Source of the DNA: the human T2T-CHM13v2.0 reference genome, Homo sapiens
NCBI RefSeq assembly: GCF_009914755.1
Contig: NC_060947.1
Strand: one strand, 5' to 3'
Length of the DNA stretch: 64,000 nt
Shown here: one piece after another, positions 1-16,293 of the stretch
Layout: each line of letters opens with the position of its first letter
How positions within the stretch are numbered: position 1 is the stretch's first letter
The notes under the pieces: model-generated
What the model saw: the letters and a program-made list of their open reading frames with translations, nothing else
The model's database searches: none
What the model was told of the DNA's origin: nothing
Position numbers and translations under genes: made by a program

Positions 1-17
1 ACATAGAAAAAAATGTT

Positions 18-363
<346 letters not shown>

Positions 364-2419
364 CTAAAATTTTAAAACATTAAAACCATGGATGTTTTTC
401 TCATTAATTCAACAAACATTTATTGGGCATTTATTTAGTCATGACATTAATATATGTGTTTTCAAAAATACCAACTCATTGAGATTAGTATTGGTTGCAG
501 GGAGCTTTTGTGTATCTATATCTCCCTACATGGTTCTATCTCCCTCATCGGCACTGGTAAATAAAAACATTTCAGTCACATCATCCCATCAGTTCTGTTC
601 TTGGGACCTAGCGAACAGCAGCCATAGGAAGTGGAGGGTGGGAGCTAAGGGTACCTCAAGGCCTTTTGGTCTGTCTGGGGCCCATAAGCAAGTTCAGAGT
701 CAGGCCTTCACACACATCGAATAAAGCATCGTGTGCTTAGTAGGGCTCTCTTCACAGCCAGTCCAAAACCCTCACTGATTGGCAAGTGTAAATAGAATTT
801 GAATTCAATAAACAAAATTCCTTGCTTTCGATCTTCTTATCACCTTCTGGGGTTTTATATTAACTTTCATGCTGATATGAATTTACATAATATTACATAA
901 ATTTTTTTCAGCTAGAACACTCTGCTTTATCACATTAACTTTTTCCAAATCCTGGCTTAACTGCAATTAAATATTTTAATTTCATGGAAATTCTTTTCTA
1001 ATCCAAACAATCTCAACTTTAAGCCATCTGAAGAGAAAATATGAATCTTAAGTTGCTCCATAATCAAGTTTCAAACATTCTCAATACTTCTTTAAATGAA
1101 GACTTTTACTTTAAGGAACTGAACTACAAAGGAGGCTGGGGTGGGAGGTCCCTCAATTTTTAGACCCTTCTTTCATGCCCACTCACATGAAAAAATCAAG
1201 ATATTTCTTTCTATCAAATGCTCCATGCTGTAACATGAAAACCTTATAATTCAAATTTAAACCCATCTAGTTAAATGGTTGCACATATAAGAAATATATA
1301 GTCCTGCTGAAAGTCATAGTCTCCATTTATCCAAGGGACAGACTACAGAATTAGGCCACAGACACTTTCCTGTAGCAAAGATTTCATTCACAATCAGAGT
1401 GATGTTGTACAGGGTTCTCATGCATTGGCTATGGGGTGGAGAGTGAAGCATCTGTGTGAGTTTTTTTTCCATGAGAATTTTCTTTACAATATCTAAGTAG
1501 TTCTGATGTCTATCTACACAGGACCACTGAATTAAATATTTTGCCCTTAACTGTGCTGCTTAGGATGTGAGAAGTTTATACAGCCATCAATTAAAGAGGT
1601 GTTCCAAAGGATGTTGGCTTTTGTATTTATGCTGTCCAAAACTAGGTTACTAGATGAGGAAGCAATCAAATAAATCTGCCTTTCAGAAAAGGATTGAACC
1701 CATTCTAATTTGTTGAAAAAAGAACACAAATAGTGCATTTAGTCAAGGTTGAATTTAAAATTTTTAGCATCTCAATGACCACCAAATCATTGACTCCTTC
1801 TTTTTTGTGTTCCACATGGTTGGGGCTATCATGTTGAAACAGGATGCTTCAGAGCCGAGAAGCAAGAACATGAAATCAAGTATTGGAGAATACTAAAAAA
1901 GCACTTCCCTCCAAATTGGCCATTTGGTACTGAAAAGGGCACTGAAAAAAATATATTTTGCCAAAAGTGGCCCTTAGATAAAGCCTATATCATTTCTATA
2001 GTATTAAATATATGTATAAGTTGCAGTTAAATTTTACTATTTTAAAACCTCTCATTCTAAAAATAAAGTATGTGAACTAGATGTCTAACACTGGTGAGAC
2101 AAATCAAATCTACTTTTACAAGAGTATACACAAGGACAAAAAGAATGAAAAAGGAAACAAATATTGTTCATAACATTTCTCACATTTAAAAGGTAAACTG
2201 TAAATAAAATAGTTATTTTAAAATGTAAAACTTCATACTTGTTACCTTCTGAGAGAGACCTCCAAGAGAAGAAAATTAAGAAGAAAAAATTGGTATGATC
2301 TAATTGGAAAATGAAAATAAGGAACATTTTGGTCTGCCCCTCCTCGGAATAACTCATTAAAAACTGTCTATGCCACCTTTTTGGCCCTTAATACCTACTG
2401 CATAGTATTACGGTTAATT

Positions 2420-3500
2420 TAAGTAATTGCTTTTCTGATGTCAAAAATAACACATGTTCAATGCAGAAAATTTGGAAAATTAAAAAAGTATACCATTTAA
2501 AAAGTAAAAATTGCCTGACTTCCTACAACCTGAGATAACTGTTAATGCTTTGGTAATTTTCTTTCTAGTCTTATGTGTGTGCATATGTGCATGTGTATGT
2601 GTGTGTATGAATATATATATGTACACACACACATACACGCACATATATATACACACAATTGGAATTGTTTATATATTCTATATATTTATATATTGTATTA
2701 TAGTTAAACAATTGGAATAATATATGCATACATTAAACTGGAATTAATCTATGTGTGTTATTTTCTGATTTTTTCAATTAATGTATATTATACCATATTT
2801 TCATGTGTAATTAAGTATTCCTCAAAACATTCTACTGGCTTCACAGTATTCTAGCATATGTATATATCATAATATATTTAGCTATTAACATATTGATGAT
2901 ATTTAGGATATTTCCGATGTTTTATCCTCATAAATTATACTGAGATTAACAACCCTGTACATGAATTTTTACGCTGATCTAAAATTATTTCCTTAGGATA
3001 AATTCCAGAAGTAGAAATATTAGATATCTTAGGGCTTTTAATGTGTATTGCCAAATTGCCCCCAGGAAAGATTATATCAATTTTTTAAATTATACTCCAT
3101 GTTGCAGTGTATCATAACCACACTCTTGCCATCACTGTTTTTTTTTTAATCTTTGCTTATTTGATAAGTACAAAATGACATCTTACATATCAAATCGTTG
3201 TCTGTGATTCCCCTGAGGTAACAGATTGGTGAGGAAATAGTTGTGGAGACTTTAACTTTTGTTTTACACATTCCTGTGTTCCTTGACTTTTTAGTAGTAA
3301 GTAGGCATCATCTTTGCAATTAAAAATTAATAGCAGTTCATTGCTATTATTTGATTACTATGGTTGAAATATTTTTATATATCTATTGGCCATTTGAATG
3401 GCTTCTTTATTAATTACCCATTTGTGTTCATTTTACATTTTTTATATTGGGGTGTTTGTCTTTTCATTGTTTTGTAAGAGCTCTTTATATATAAGGGTAT
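2420..3500 (-). mobile_element. Old L1 (L1ME-like) fragments containing a TG/TA/CA microsatellite at about 2574-2655
   Basis: Degenerate L1M 3' motifs (ccttaggataaattccagaagtagaa, gtattgccaaattgcc). Confidence 0.55.
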
Positions 3501-3509
3501 TGTTTAAAA

Positions 3510-3735
3510 GTCCTCTTATTTGAGATGTCTTCCCTGACCTTCCTAGAGCAATCCTCATTCTCGACAAAACATGTATGCTTCATACTTCCTTATTTTTCTT
3601 CGTATCACCATCTGTCCATAAAAATGTAAACTCAATGGAGACAGAGATTTTTGTTCACTGTTGTATCCCTAGCACCTTGAATAGTGACTAACATGTGGTA
3701 AGCACTCTATAAATAATTGAAGCATTAATTAATGA
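3510..3735. mobile_element. L2 3' fragment
   Basis: tgttcactgttgtatccctagcacc...agcactctataaata resembles the L2 3' end. Confidence 0.6.
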
Positions 3736-3754
3736 ATTAATAAGCACAGGTTCT

Positions 3755-4112
3755 TCATAGAAGGAGAACAGAACGGTGGTTGCCAGGGGTTGTGGGGGGG
3801 GGGAAATAGGAAGATATTGGCCAAAGGATACAAAGTTTCAGTTATACAAGATAAGTTCTGGAGATTTAATGTCTAGCATGGTGACTATAATTAACAATAC
3901 TGTATTGTATTCCTGAAATTTTCTAGGAGAGTAGATCTTAAGTGTTCTCACCATTTTAAAAAATGGTAACTATATGAGGTAAAGGCTATGTTAATTAGTT
4001 TGATGGTGGCAATCATTTCACAATGTATACATGAGTCAAAACATCAAGTTGTACATCTTAAATATACACAATTCCTACTTGTCAATTACACTCCCAATAA
4101 AGCTGAAAAACA
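3755..4112 (+). mobile_element. 5'-truncated L1 3' end (L1MA/L1MB-type) with decayed TSD
   Basis: L1M 3' UTR motifs ending in AATAAAgctgaaaaa. Flanks aattaataagcacaggttct (3735-3754) and aattaataaatataggttct (4113-4132) match at 17 of 20 positions. Confidence 0.8.
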
Positions 4113-7100
4113 AATTAATAAATATAGGTTCTCTGCGCTATAAATTTAAAATATTTTCCCAGCTTATGGCTTATTTTTTAATTTAGTTTATGATACTTGT
4201 AGATATATAGACATTCCTAAATTTTATATAGTCAGAGCTGCTGGTATTTTTCTTTGTGCTCATTTTCATTGTTTTTATGCTCTTGAAGTCCTCTTCAGCT
4301 TCAAAATCAATTGGATATTTATTTATATTTTCTTCTAATGATTTTATTATTTGAGTTTTCATATTAACTCTTTAATAAATGTGAAATTTATTTTTGTCAT
4401 ATAGTGGGAAATAAATCATATTTTTTCCAATTGTTAACCAATTACATGGCACCATTTAGTAAATGATCTCTGCTTTTCTCATTGACTTAAAGAAAATGTG
4501 CTTAACTTCTATCTTGTCTCCTCAGTGGCAATATAAACTACAAGGTGAGGTACTACTTATGCTTTCTCTATGTCTCTCTGGGCTGAATACAGGCCTGGTC
4601 AGTGAAGGATGATCTATAAATATTTGGTGGATGGATGAATGAGTGGATATTTTCAAGCCAAAATATTTTTTTAAAGAGCCTAACTACTAAACAGTAAGTC
4701 CATTCACTAAAGTCTGGAGGCAAATCATCATAGAGGGCAAGGTTTGACCCAGAATAAATGAATACTCTCTAACAGCAGGGCACTATAACCACTATAGAGC
4801 TAGTCATCAGTAACAAAATACATTTAATAAACACCTGACACTATCCAAAAGAAACTGCATAGAGTTGATCCTACCATCAAGGAGCTCCTACAAATTATTG
4901 TTTAGGGAGCCTAGGATAGAACAGAACTTCCAAGGGCGTCCCCACCGACTGCACCTTCCCCTGAAGTAGCAGTGACTCCCTGAAAGAAATAAATTGCTTT
5001 GTTACAGAAAGTGCCCCAAATCCTGCTGGATGCAGTCCATCAGCCTCCAACATGCATTGGGTTTAATAATTCTGGAATCAAATCTAGTTTAAAAGAAAAT
5101 CTACCACATTTTTGGCTCTTAAGTCAAACCCCAAGTGCCAAGTATATATTGATTCTGTAGGGCTCAGTCAGCCTCCTATGGCCTGAAATTAAAAATAACA
5201 GCAAGAACAAAAATACATTTTTTATTGAATTCTGGCTCTTTTCTGATAACCTATAACAAACATCAAAATGAGCAGAGGCATGGTGGACTGCCTCTCACGC
5301 CAACAAATCCCACAAAGAGAATGACAATCAGTGAAATATATTGTTAAGCATGAATAGTAGCTAAAATATTTATCTCTGTTGCAAGGTATTAAAATGAAAA
5401 AACTTTCAAAGTGGAAGCTTCAAGCAACTGCATTAGAAGTTGCATAATTTGGTTAGACTGACCTTAGAATGGAATAAAAAGCTGCTTATTTCCATAATGT
5501 TGGCCTTCAACTGTATAAAAGGTTAGATAATTTATCATGATATACAAAACAGTTTTCAAGAATACCCAACTTAAAAGGAGATCTCGGTGACTTCCAGCTC
5601 TATAAATTTTTAGGTAGAGTGATAATCAACATAATTTATGTTTAAGTGAATTTGTGCTCTCCTGAAAGGTCTAGTTTGCCAGGCAAGACGCGTGCATCTC
5701 CTATTCATCCCTAGAACAAGTACAAACCAAATGAAGCAAGGTTAGAATACCCATTGCTGCCTTTATGGCAGAACTCGCGTTGGACAGGAAGACATATTTG
5801 AACAGAGAGGCTCTGAGTTTTGGCATGCACACTCACAACTCAGATTATACACAGAATATGCTGCCCTCATTAAAAGCTAATGTGCTGTACCTATTGTTTC
5901 ACCTGCCATAGCTAAGTCCTCTGCCTTCAATACCACCTACAGAGCAACCATTGTCATCACATGGACTCAAACTTCAATGCAGGCAGCTATATGAAGCCCT
6001 TCAAACCAATGCTGCAAACATTCACACATTTACACCCAGAGCTGAAAGATAACTTGGAGATCCCCCAACCCAATCTCTTCACATATTGTTGCAGGTTTGG
6101 TGTAGTTTGGCATTTGTCTGGAATTTTCAGAATTCTCTATGTCTTGGATTCTGATTTCCCTAGTAATAACAGGCTTCAATAAACTAAAGCTTCTCTTTTA
6201 TGAGGTTTTTAATTGTTTCATCTGTTTTGGTAGTGATCTCCCCTACCTCAGAACTGCAGATTTCTAGATGGTTATCTTTGATGATACAGTCACTTGGGCT
6301 CACTCACACACTAGAGAAAACTGTCCTGATAGAGTTTGCTAGGCTCAAAGAGTGAGGACAGCAAAGTGTTGGAAACATCACACACATTTATTTGATCCCA
6401 TATTTCCAAATATGACACCATGCATAGCCACAAACCTTTACAGGTACGGATTTTTCTCCACCTTCCATGATCTCCTCTTGAGGGTACCTGGTGATCAGAT
6501 GTGCAAAGACCAAGCCCCGGATGTCATTCCAACAACGCCCAGTGCCATGGTATTTATAGCTTACCAGTTTTATAAGGTTTTGCTCCATCAGGCCACTACA
6601 TAATGCATAGTTTTTGCAAAGGCAGGTTAGCTTTCTTTCCATTTCAGAAAATTATTATATTTTTTACTGCAACAAAGCACACTTCTTTTTCTATTTCTAA
6701 AGAATTACCAGTAAAGGCAAAATAGAATGACCTAGAAGTGTAAGCACACACATGCCATTAGTAAGTGCACAAGCCACACAGAAAATTGGTGTTTCATATG
6801 TAGTATTTGAGATTCGTTTCCAAAAAGCCATAACTACCATAAAATTATTTTGCAATTTTAAAATCAGGCAAAATCTTCACTACGAAAAAACCATTATTTA
6901 GTACGAATGCCACTGTGTTCTCTCCCCTAAGCTTTTAGGAACAAATGTTACCATTAGCATACTCCATCACTCAAAAGTCTATACTTGAAAAAATGGAAAT
7001 GCACTAATTAAAGAAATGATCAGAACAGCAAGCTCATAGTCAATGCCAGTCTTATGAGTGCAGTGTGTCTGTGTCCTTACCATGGCCTCTGTGCCTGGCA

Positions 7101-7881
7101 GAACAGAGGAGGAAATCAGTCTTCCAACAAGCCGTTCACCATTACCTGTAGCCATATGCCTCTGTTCGTCCCTGTATCTCCAGAGCCCTGCCTCCCTCAA
7201 GCATGTCAAGTTTCAAATATGAATGCTAGATTACGGACATTTTTAGTTATAAAAAAGCCTCTTAAAGGTTAAGCCAATCCCTCTGAATGCAGTTTGACAG
7301 GGTCTCCCTGTCCATTCTTCTCACTTAGAAAAGATATGGTTTTATAGCAAACGACCTGTACACATAGGCAGTCCATAGCAGACTCCCTCAAGCCAAGAGA
7401 ATTAAAGAAGAGGAAAGCTTGATACAGAATTGTGCCCAAAAGAAACAAAAAGAGAAAGCAAGCCTCAGAAAATAATTTCTAATAAATTGAAAATATGCAC
7501 TATAAGGTATTCTTAAGCTGAGTTGTATGCACAGCAATGATTATTTGGCTGCTTCCTACTCACCGAGATCTCAATTAAAAAGAGTCTCTGAGAGATCTAT
7601 CCTTGAGCTATATCAAATTGGGGTGTCATGGCCTCACATTTGGGGGATCACACCCTGCTGTAACTAAGCTTATGAGCATTTCCTCAGGGAGACAACCAGC
7701 AGAATGTCAAAGAGTTGGGAAGGGGGCTCTGAGGACCTAATATCATAGACATGTGTACGGTCAGCCCAGCCGGCAAAGGCTCCATCATCACAGAGGCAAA
7801 AAAAGTGAGTGAGAGAAGCAGATAATGTTCATTTTATTCCCTCCTGCTTCTTTCTCTCTCTCCTTTCCCCCTCTCCCTCTC

Positions 7882-7891
7882 CCACACATAC

Positions 7892-7933
<42 letters not shown>
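7882..7933. repeat. (CA)n/(CATA)n microsatellite
   Basis: Seen directly. Confidence 0.9.
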
Positions 7934-7938
<5 letters not shown>

Positions 7939-8253
7939 CCCCTAAAGAGGGATCTGGCCTTTGGATTGAACTTTTCTTCCTGTCGGCTTACACAGGGAAT
8001 CCATTTTGCTCAGAAGAGCAAACTACACAATCTGAGAAGAGGTGCCCTTCATGCTCTGGAAATCAGATTTGGGAGCGAAAATAATCCAGAAGGCAGAGAC
8101 CGCCAAGGCCAGTGCTGGTGGCAGTGAGGGAGAGCAGCTTGCCACAGAACAGCGGCCAGATGGGGCCCAGTGGGAGAAACTGAAAACTGGCCACCCTGGC
8201 ACTCAGAGACTTAATGGAGCATCAGAAGACTATGCACATCAAGACAGTGCTTA

Positions 8254-8580
<327 letters not shown>

Positions 8581-9229
8581 AGAAGCCGCGGTGCTAGTCC
8601 ATGAACACTGAGCTCAAGGAGAACACAGACTTGACACCAAGCTTCCTGCCTGCTTCAGTCCCAAAGGGTCTGCTCAAAATTCTGTAGGTAGCTGGACCTA
8701 ACATGTGTCTGTCAATTTGTCTGTCTCACTCTCATTCTCATTTTTTCCCCATTCTGAAAAGTGATTTTTCTCCCTCCCCAAACACTGAATTTAAAGGCAA
8801 GTCTAAGAGAGCTCTTTCACTTTCCAAAGTAATTCCCAGGCTCTACCCAATCCAGGAAATCCTTACTGACTTGGGGAGCTTTCATAATCTGAGACAGCAA
8901 AGGGGAAGCCATCTCTTCAGGAACGAGCTCTACAGGTGAAGACAAAAAAAAATTCGTGATGGGCTTCTGTTCTTTGAGCCAAGGGTTTATTTACAAAGGA
9001 GAGAAAAGGATGGGAAGATGGCAGCTGTCATATTTTATTTCATTTTTTTAGAATCTGAAGCAAATATTAAATGCTAATACTTGTTAAATTTCAATGACAC
9101 GTACCCATCTTTTCTGGACACTATATTTTAAATATTACATAGTTGCAAGTTGTTTAATTAAGTAAAAATCAAACAGGAAGGCTAACCAGTGAGGATTCAA
9201 GGGCCAGATTTCAATCAAGGGAAAAATGA

Positions 9230-9585
<356 letters not shown>

Positions 9586-12392
9586 TGAGGAATCTAATTT
9601 TAAGCAAACAAGATATGTGAAAATCCAGACTTACAAAAGAAATCAGTTAGGAGTTGATTATTCACATTATATAAGGACTCTCCTTTATGAAAGGATCCAT
9701 CACAGGCTTTCTTTAAATACAGAATTCCACTGCTGTGATTAGCATGGGGTCTAATTTACAAAACAAACACCCTTTGGCTGACCAGCTTTTCAGGAACACA
9801 ACTACCATCGAAAGTATACCCGCAGGTCCTCCTAGAGAGTCCTGTCAGGTTTTTCATTATGTGACAGAAAACGCTTGGAAGCTGCACCAGAGGAACTACT
9901 GTGAAGCAAAATGGAGGCTTGTTTGGCCGCAAATGTTGTGTGCCTGGGTAAGTCATTTGCCTTTTCCATTTTCATTACTGTAGAGTGGAAACACTGGTCC
10001 ATTCTGACACCTCTTCTAGAAATGCTGTGGAGCTGTGTGGTCCTAACCAATATGCCTAATGATAACAAGTAAGGTTTCTGCACAGGAGCTCAAGCTCCCG
10101 GAGTTGGCAGAGTTGCTGTCCCCACAGCTGCAGGAATGTTCCTCATCATTCCCCTGGGGGGCACAGGGAGGTGCTAGCAGCCTGGGTACACCCACTAGAA
10201 GCTGAGTGACCCCACTATGCAGCCCACACAAAAACTACTCTAAATACACAACAGCCAAATAGGAAATGTAACTTGAAGAGCATTTCCCTCTGCAAACAAC
10301 TGATCCTCTGGGATTTTCACTTCAAGCCTCTCAATTGTTCGAAGTAAATGAGGCTCACATCAAAGGCCAGCCAGTCACGCATCAAGAAATCAAGCCTCTT
10401 CTCCGTGGGGGAAAATGGCTGCTCCAGAGCCATCCTCCCACCTCTCACACACAGGCCTCTTGTAAAAACGGCTTTATTTACCCAAATCTGAGACACTCGA
10501 TTCAACCAAGCTTGGCCTCCCCTAAATCCTGGAAGCTGAGGTACACATGCAGAGGGGCCAACATCTGAAACTCGAGGCAGACGCCTAAGAGCCACAGCAC
10601 TGCCACAATTGAAAGACTCCAGCTTTGCCAGGAGGTGACTTCATCCTTTTTCAGTCCCCTAATTCCTAACAAGCAATCCCCTAAGCCCTTAGCTTCTGCG
10701 CTGGGCACAATAAGCCCAAGCCACAGCACAAGCTGGGGCAAGGTTAGGGAGAGAGAGGTCTGCAGCTCATCCTACCTTGTAAGTCTGACTGACAATCAGA
10801 GAAAAAACCAGGTGGAGCCACCTGGACCCAAAACAAGTGGTCCTCTGATAAGAGGAATTCCAAAGCCTTAGAGCCCTCTGTGGAAAATGTCCTGCCTCCA
10901 GCCCCTTGGGGAGAAAAATCTCAGGATGATTAGCAAGAGCTCTGGCTGAGCTCAACTTCAGTGAAGGTGTACGGGGAGAGAGGTGATCTCTAAGGTAACC
11001 AGTTAATTGCCGATAAGGAATGATAATAATAAATTAGCAGATACTAATGTAAACTAACTCAGTTCTGCAGTTCTGTGGCAGTTGCATGGAGACAACAGAG
11101 GAACAGTTTATTCTGGAACACATCTTGCAAGCCCATCCCCACTGGGAAACCGGCTGTCTCAGCTAGAGGTGAAACATGCCAATAAGATACAATGTAGGCA
11201 ATGGGTGGCCCTAGAATGACTGCTGGTAGAAATTGAGCCCTTGATTTTTGAAGAAAACTGAAATGAGAATGCTCGAAAAGATGTGGGCTGCATTGTTTCT
11301 CATTGCTTTCTCCTTCAGGGTTACTTTTGACCCTTAGGGATAGGACTTAAATGATTCCAAGACCCTACTGTAATAAGGAGACAAACAAACAAGACGCGCA
11401 CTAAAGGGTTTGTTGGTTTCTTTTAATTAGAGGTGATGCTTTGTGTCATTTCCATGCTATCCAAACCAGCCTTATCATACCTATTATTTTTTAGTGCCTT
11501 CTGAATCTACTACCTGATAGGTTTGTGGCTGTCTAATTTAGCCCAGAATTTCATTCAAGTCACTGCAAATCTCTAACTTTAAAACTCTGTTTTAGGAACT
11601 AAAGTGTACTGGGCTATTTTTTTTCAAAGCCTAACTGATGTTTTATTTTCATTATTTCCACTAAGATGACCATGCATTCAGACTTTTTGTAGGATAATTG
11701 GAAGCATTCAATTTGGCTGCCACACACATTCTTGTTCTGCAAGCTCTTCCACGGCTACGTCACTACTTATGAAGACTGTTGCATGAGTGGCTATAGCAGA
11801 GCATGCACACACACCCCTTAGATGCCTCATATCAAAGAAACTACAGTTTGCTGATGAAAGGTAGAAAATAGAATTCAAGATTGAGACTGAAACCAAAATT
11901 TAAATCCCTACGGACCTATGACTGGAATTCTCTAAGTTTTTGCCTACTATCACTCCCTTACAGCTGTCAGCTCAGAAACATTCAACATCAGAAAACTAAA
12001 ATTTAAAAATACTGCACAAAGACACTGGGTGTTTGGGCCATTTCACCCCTCCTGGAGGCAAGAAGAAGCCTCACCCAAGTCTCCATTTCCAGTAGAAGCA
12101 ATGAGTTGCATTTTCTTCCTCCAATAATGACTGCAGCCAGGTGACAAAAATGGTAATGCAGCAATGCTGCTGTACAAAGGAATAACACTTTCCAGCATCC
12201 AGAGACACCAGTAGGCATGTCTCCATTCCATAAGACCGGAAGAAAAATCATTTGCCTTACTAAGGAGCCTCTCAAAAAATTTGGACTATTTTTAGAAAGA
12301 TCTTAGCAAACTGACAAACCTACTATCTTTCTTCTCCATTTTCCTTCTTTTTCAACCTCCTTTCCTCTCTCTTCACTCTTTTCTACGCCCTC

Positions 12393-12430
12393 ATACACAC
12401 ACACACACACATACACACACACATACACAC
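12393..12430. repeat. (CA)n microsatellite
   Basis: Seen directly. Confidence 0.85.
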
Positions 12431-13009
12431 GCCCTCTAATTCATTCACATATACACTAAGTCTATGAGTAAAATAAACCAGGATACCAAGGAATGCAAAC
12501 CTCACCTTTCAGTTTAAAATATGTAAAAGATACCTGACATCAATAATTCTACAAAAGTCTTCTGTAAACAGCAAAGGCATCCTCCACTTTGCCCCTCAAA
12601 TTTGTGTACGAAACCACAAAATCCACATAGCTGATTTCCCAGCCAACATCAGAGGACAAGTAAATAATGATATACAATTCTACACAAGATTATCTCTGCA
12701 ATACTGTAAACTGAGTTCCAATTCTTGATTAGTGTTCCATTCCCTTTACCTTGCCTACCTAACTGCATTCAAAGTCATATTTCTGTTAGCTTCTAGAGCC
12801 AACAATGTTCAGATGTGGCTAGGTTTGGACACTGATACAAGAGCTATCTTCCATTCAGCACTAAATTTTGAGGGTTCAATGGCAAATCTACATAAAATGT
12901 AAGGCTGCCATTAAAGGAGGAGAAAGGAGTTCTTAGGAGTCTACAAAGCGACAGGTGATCAGAAACTATCTTGTATTGCTTGCCCGTGAAATCATTGTGG
13001 GTGATCTTA

Positions 13010-13930
13010 GCTCCCCAACTAGACTGTGAACTCTCTGAGGGCAGAAGTTACGTCTTAAACTTATTTGGAATCTCCATGGTCCCTGCCACACAGCTGAGCA
13101 CATAGTGGATACTCCAACAATGCTTGCTGACTTGATCTAATGCCATGGTGATAAATTTCAAAGTGTGATAGAGTGAGTACAGCTAGCACGCAACAGGTCT
13201 GAGTGGACTCGTCTATAATCCCTTTGAGAGTAAGCCCTGTAACTGGATCTACAGCTCATAAAGGGACTGGGTTTGACACAGGTAACCCAACAGAGGAACC
13301 TACTATGTAGTACCCTTTTGTCCCAACCTGGAGAGTAAGAATGTAACGTGCTCAGGAATAGGATGTTATTCTGAATTGAAATTACCTGTTTACTTGTCTG
13401 TCTTTCTGTAAGCTCCCTGGGTTCAAGAAACAAGTGTTTTATTATTTTTGATCCCCGGGAAGTAGTACATTATCTGGCACATTCTAAATGTATAATAACT
13501 GCTAATGGGATAAATTAATGAACAAATGAAAGAATGGTTTAATGAAATAATATAAAGAACAATGTAAGTAACATAATATAGAGAAATTTCTATAGAATCT
13601 TATATTTGCCACATCATAGCACTTATCATTCTATGCTATAATTGCTTAATAAATGTTGCTTTCTTGAATGGATTAATTAATTAATTAGGAAAATATAAAG
13701 ATAATGTAGGAAATATATCAAAATGTTATTATCCTAGCAATGGAGAATGTCCCATTGCACCCTATATTAGCATTTATTACTCTATATTGCAAATCACCTA
13801 TTTACTTGATTGTCTCACACTTTAGAATGTGCATTTCTTGTCTTTTTCATCTCTCTAACGCCAGAGCCTAGAGCAGTGCCTTACAAAGAGTAGGCTCAAC
13901 AAATATCAGTTGAATGAACAAATCAATCAT
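13010..13930. mobile_element. Cluster of L2 3' fragments
   Basis: Repeated L2-like tails (ctagactgtgaactctctgagggcag; agcagtgccttacaaagagtaggctcaacaaata...gaatgaa). Confidence 0.5.
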
Positions 13931-15339
13931 CCCTGCTCTTCTATAGATTTCATTGGACCTAAGTATTCCACCGAGTCCAGTGGCCTTTGGTATAAAAGAA
14001 AAGAAGTGTCATTTTCCCTACGCAGGGCATTGTGACTGATTCAGGTTAAATGGCCTGGTCTGTATTCAGCTGTAAGTGGGCCTCTCTCCTTTCTGAATGG
14101 GTTTGCCAGTTGAACTCTCCAGGAGGGACTGAATATTAGAAATACACACAACCTCACTATGTCTAGTACACACTGTCTTGGCCATGACCAGCTGTACACA
14201 CCAAAACTGTGTAATTTTGTTAACCAAGGAAAAGCATCTGGCTTTGTGAGTCAGAGACAGGATCAGAACTGAGATTTTAAACGGCTTTTCTAAATAATTG
14301 AAGCAATATTTTGTTTCATTCAGCCCATGGAAGAATCCCAGAAATGATACTAAGTCTTAGGTAAACCAATCAGATGTCGTCATATGTTTTCTGTCCTCTC
14401 CATCTATTTCATAGACACCAGAACTCACATTTCTCTAGTGCCTTGAATTGATTGCCTAAGTGATCACCAAGTCCTCAGGATTCAACCCTTTTGTCCATCT
14501 CCACAAGTAACAGTGCCGTTACTTGTGAACAACTGAACCCCACAACTTTGGCATCTTTCACCTCTATTGTTTAAATGATCAATATGAGTAGTATGGCCAT
14601 AATACTTTGTAGGATGTATCTATATAGAAGCAGCCTAAATTCCTCTTTGGTTACAAGTGCCTAGGGAGACACAATCAGTAGTGCAAGCCATTGTAACACT
14701 GATTCTCCAACTGTATAGTGAAGAGGTCTACTATTTTGGGGACACCAATGAGTTGAACCTACTACACTACACAAGTCATATTCCTTGGAACAACTTTGCA
14801 TGACAGGTGTGCCCATTTTGTAGATAAAGAAACAGAGTCTTATGTTCCACAGCAAGCAGTGATTCCTGGATTCAAAATCATGATCAATCTGATTCCACTA
14901 CACACCACTACCTCTCACTTTCTATTGCTGAGCTATTGGTGATCCACAAGTAGTCTTGTAAGTAGTCTACGGCCTAGGCCTTAGTAGTATTCACTGACAT
15001 TAATAATTATAACTGAGTTTACCTAGCACAATACTGGACTTTCAAAAAATCCTTATTTATAGAGTTATAAATTGAAAATATTGGTGCTTTTGTTGCTGGC
15101 AGAATACCATCAGTTACTCATCAAAAGCACTGCTGTTTGGCCCCATTAATTCTGATGGGAATTATTGTTCAGGAACTAGAAGAAGCAATCAATGTAAGTG
15201 GTCCTAAGACCCCTTATCCTACAAAATTGACACAAATACTATGAGGCCATTTTATGTATGCATCATAGCCTGGGTATGTCAGGCTGAATTACTTTTAAGG
15301 CAGGAAGGTGTCACTGAAATCACATTTGCCAGGCAGTAT

Positions 15340-15520
15340 AGAGTCCTTCAGTCTGGTCCTCCCTCTCTTGATGACCAGCTTTGTGAGTCTGAGTAAGTCC
15401 CTTAGCATCTCTGGACCTCTGTTTCATCATCTACTGAAGGGCAACCTATCAAGATACCTGATTGTGAGGATCAAACGAAACAATGTTTGGGAAGGTGCTT
15501 TGAAAGATGTGAAAGTGCTC
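15340..15520. mobile_element. MIR
   Basis: MIR core-like ctctggacctctgtttcatcatctact...gattgtgaggatcaaa. Confidence 0.55.
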
Positions 15521-15765
15521 TCTAAGTATGCAGTATTCTTTTCGCTGGTAGCTTGGAAGAGGACATATGCCTCCCAGTGCATCAGATTTCTAACCAAAGA
15601 GGGACTTAAGCAATTCATGGAAAAATGAAATCAACTTAAGAAATGTTACTTATAGCCTTCCTCCCAGCCACCCACCAGCCATCATCCATATACCACTCTA
15701 CTGCCCTAAAATATTTCAATAGCCAGCAAACATCTGACCACATCACATTTTAAAAAATATTTCTA

Positions 15766-16070
<305 letters not shown>

Positions 16071-16151
16071 TTAAATACATTCATTCCCAGTGAAGAGAAA
16101 GAAACAGAGCTCACTCAAATGCATAGATAATTCTTATTCTTATTCTTACTC

Positions 16152-16293
16152 TTTTTTTTTTTCGTTGTTAGAGACGAAGTCTCACTATATTGCCCAGGCT
16201 GGCAAGCTGGTCTGGAATTCCAGGCTCAACCGATTCTCCTGCCTCGGCCTCTCAAAGTACTGGGATTACAGGTGTGAGCCACTGCAACCAGCC
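16152..16293 (-). mobile_element. Alu monomer (FLAM-like)
   Basis: Left-arm-only Alu sequence with a poly(T) start on the plus strand. Confidence 0.85.
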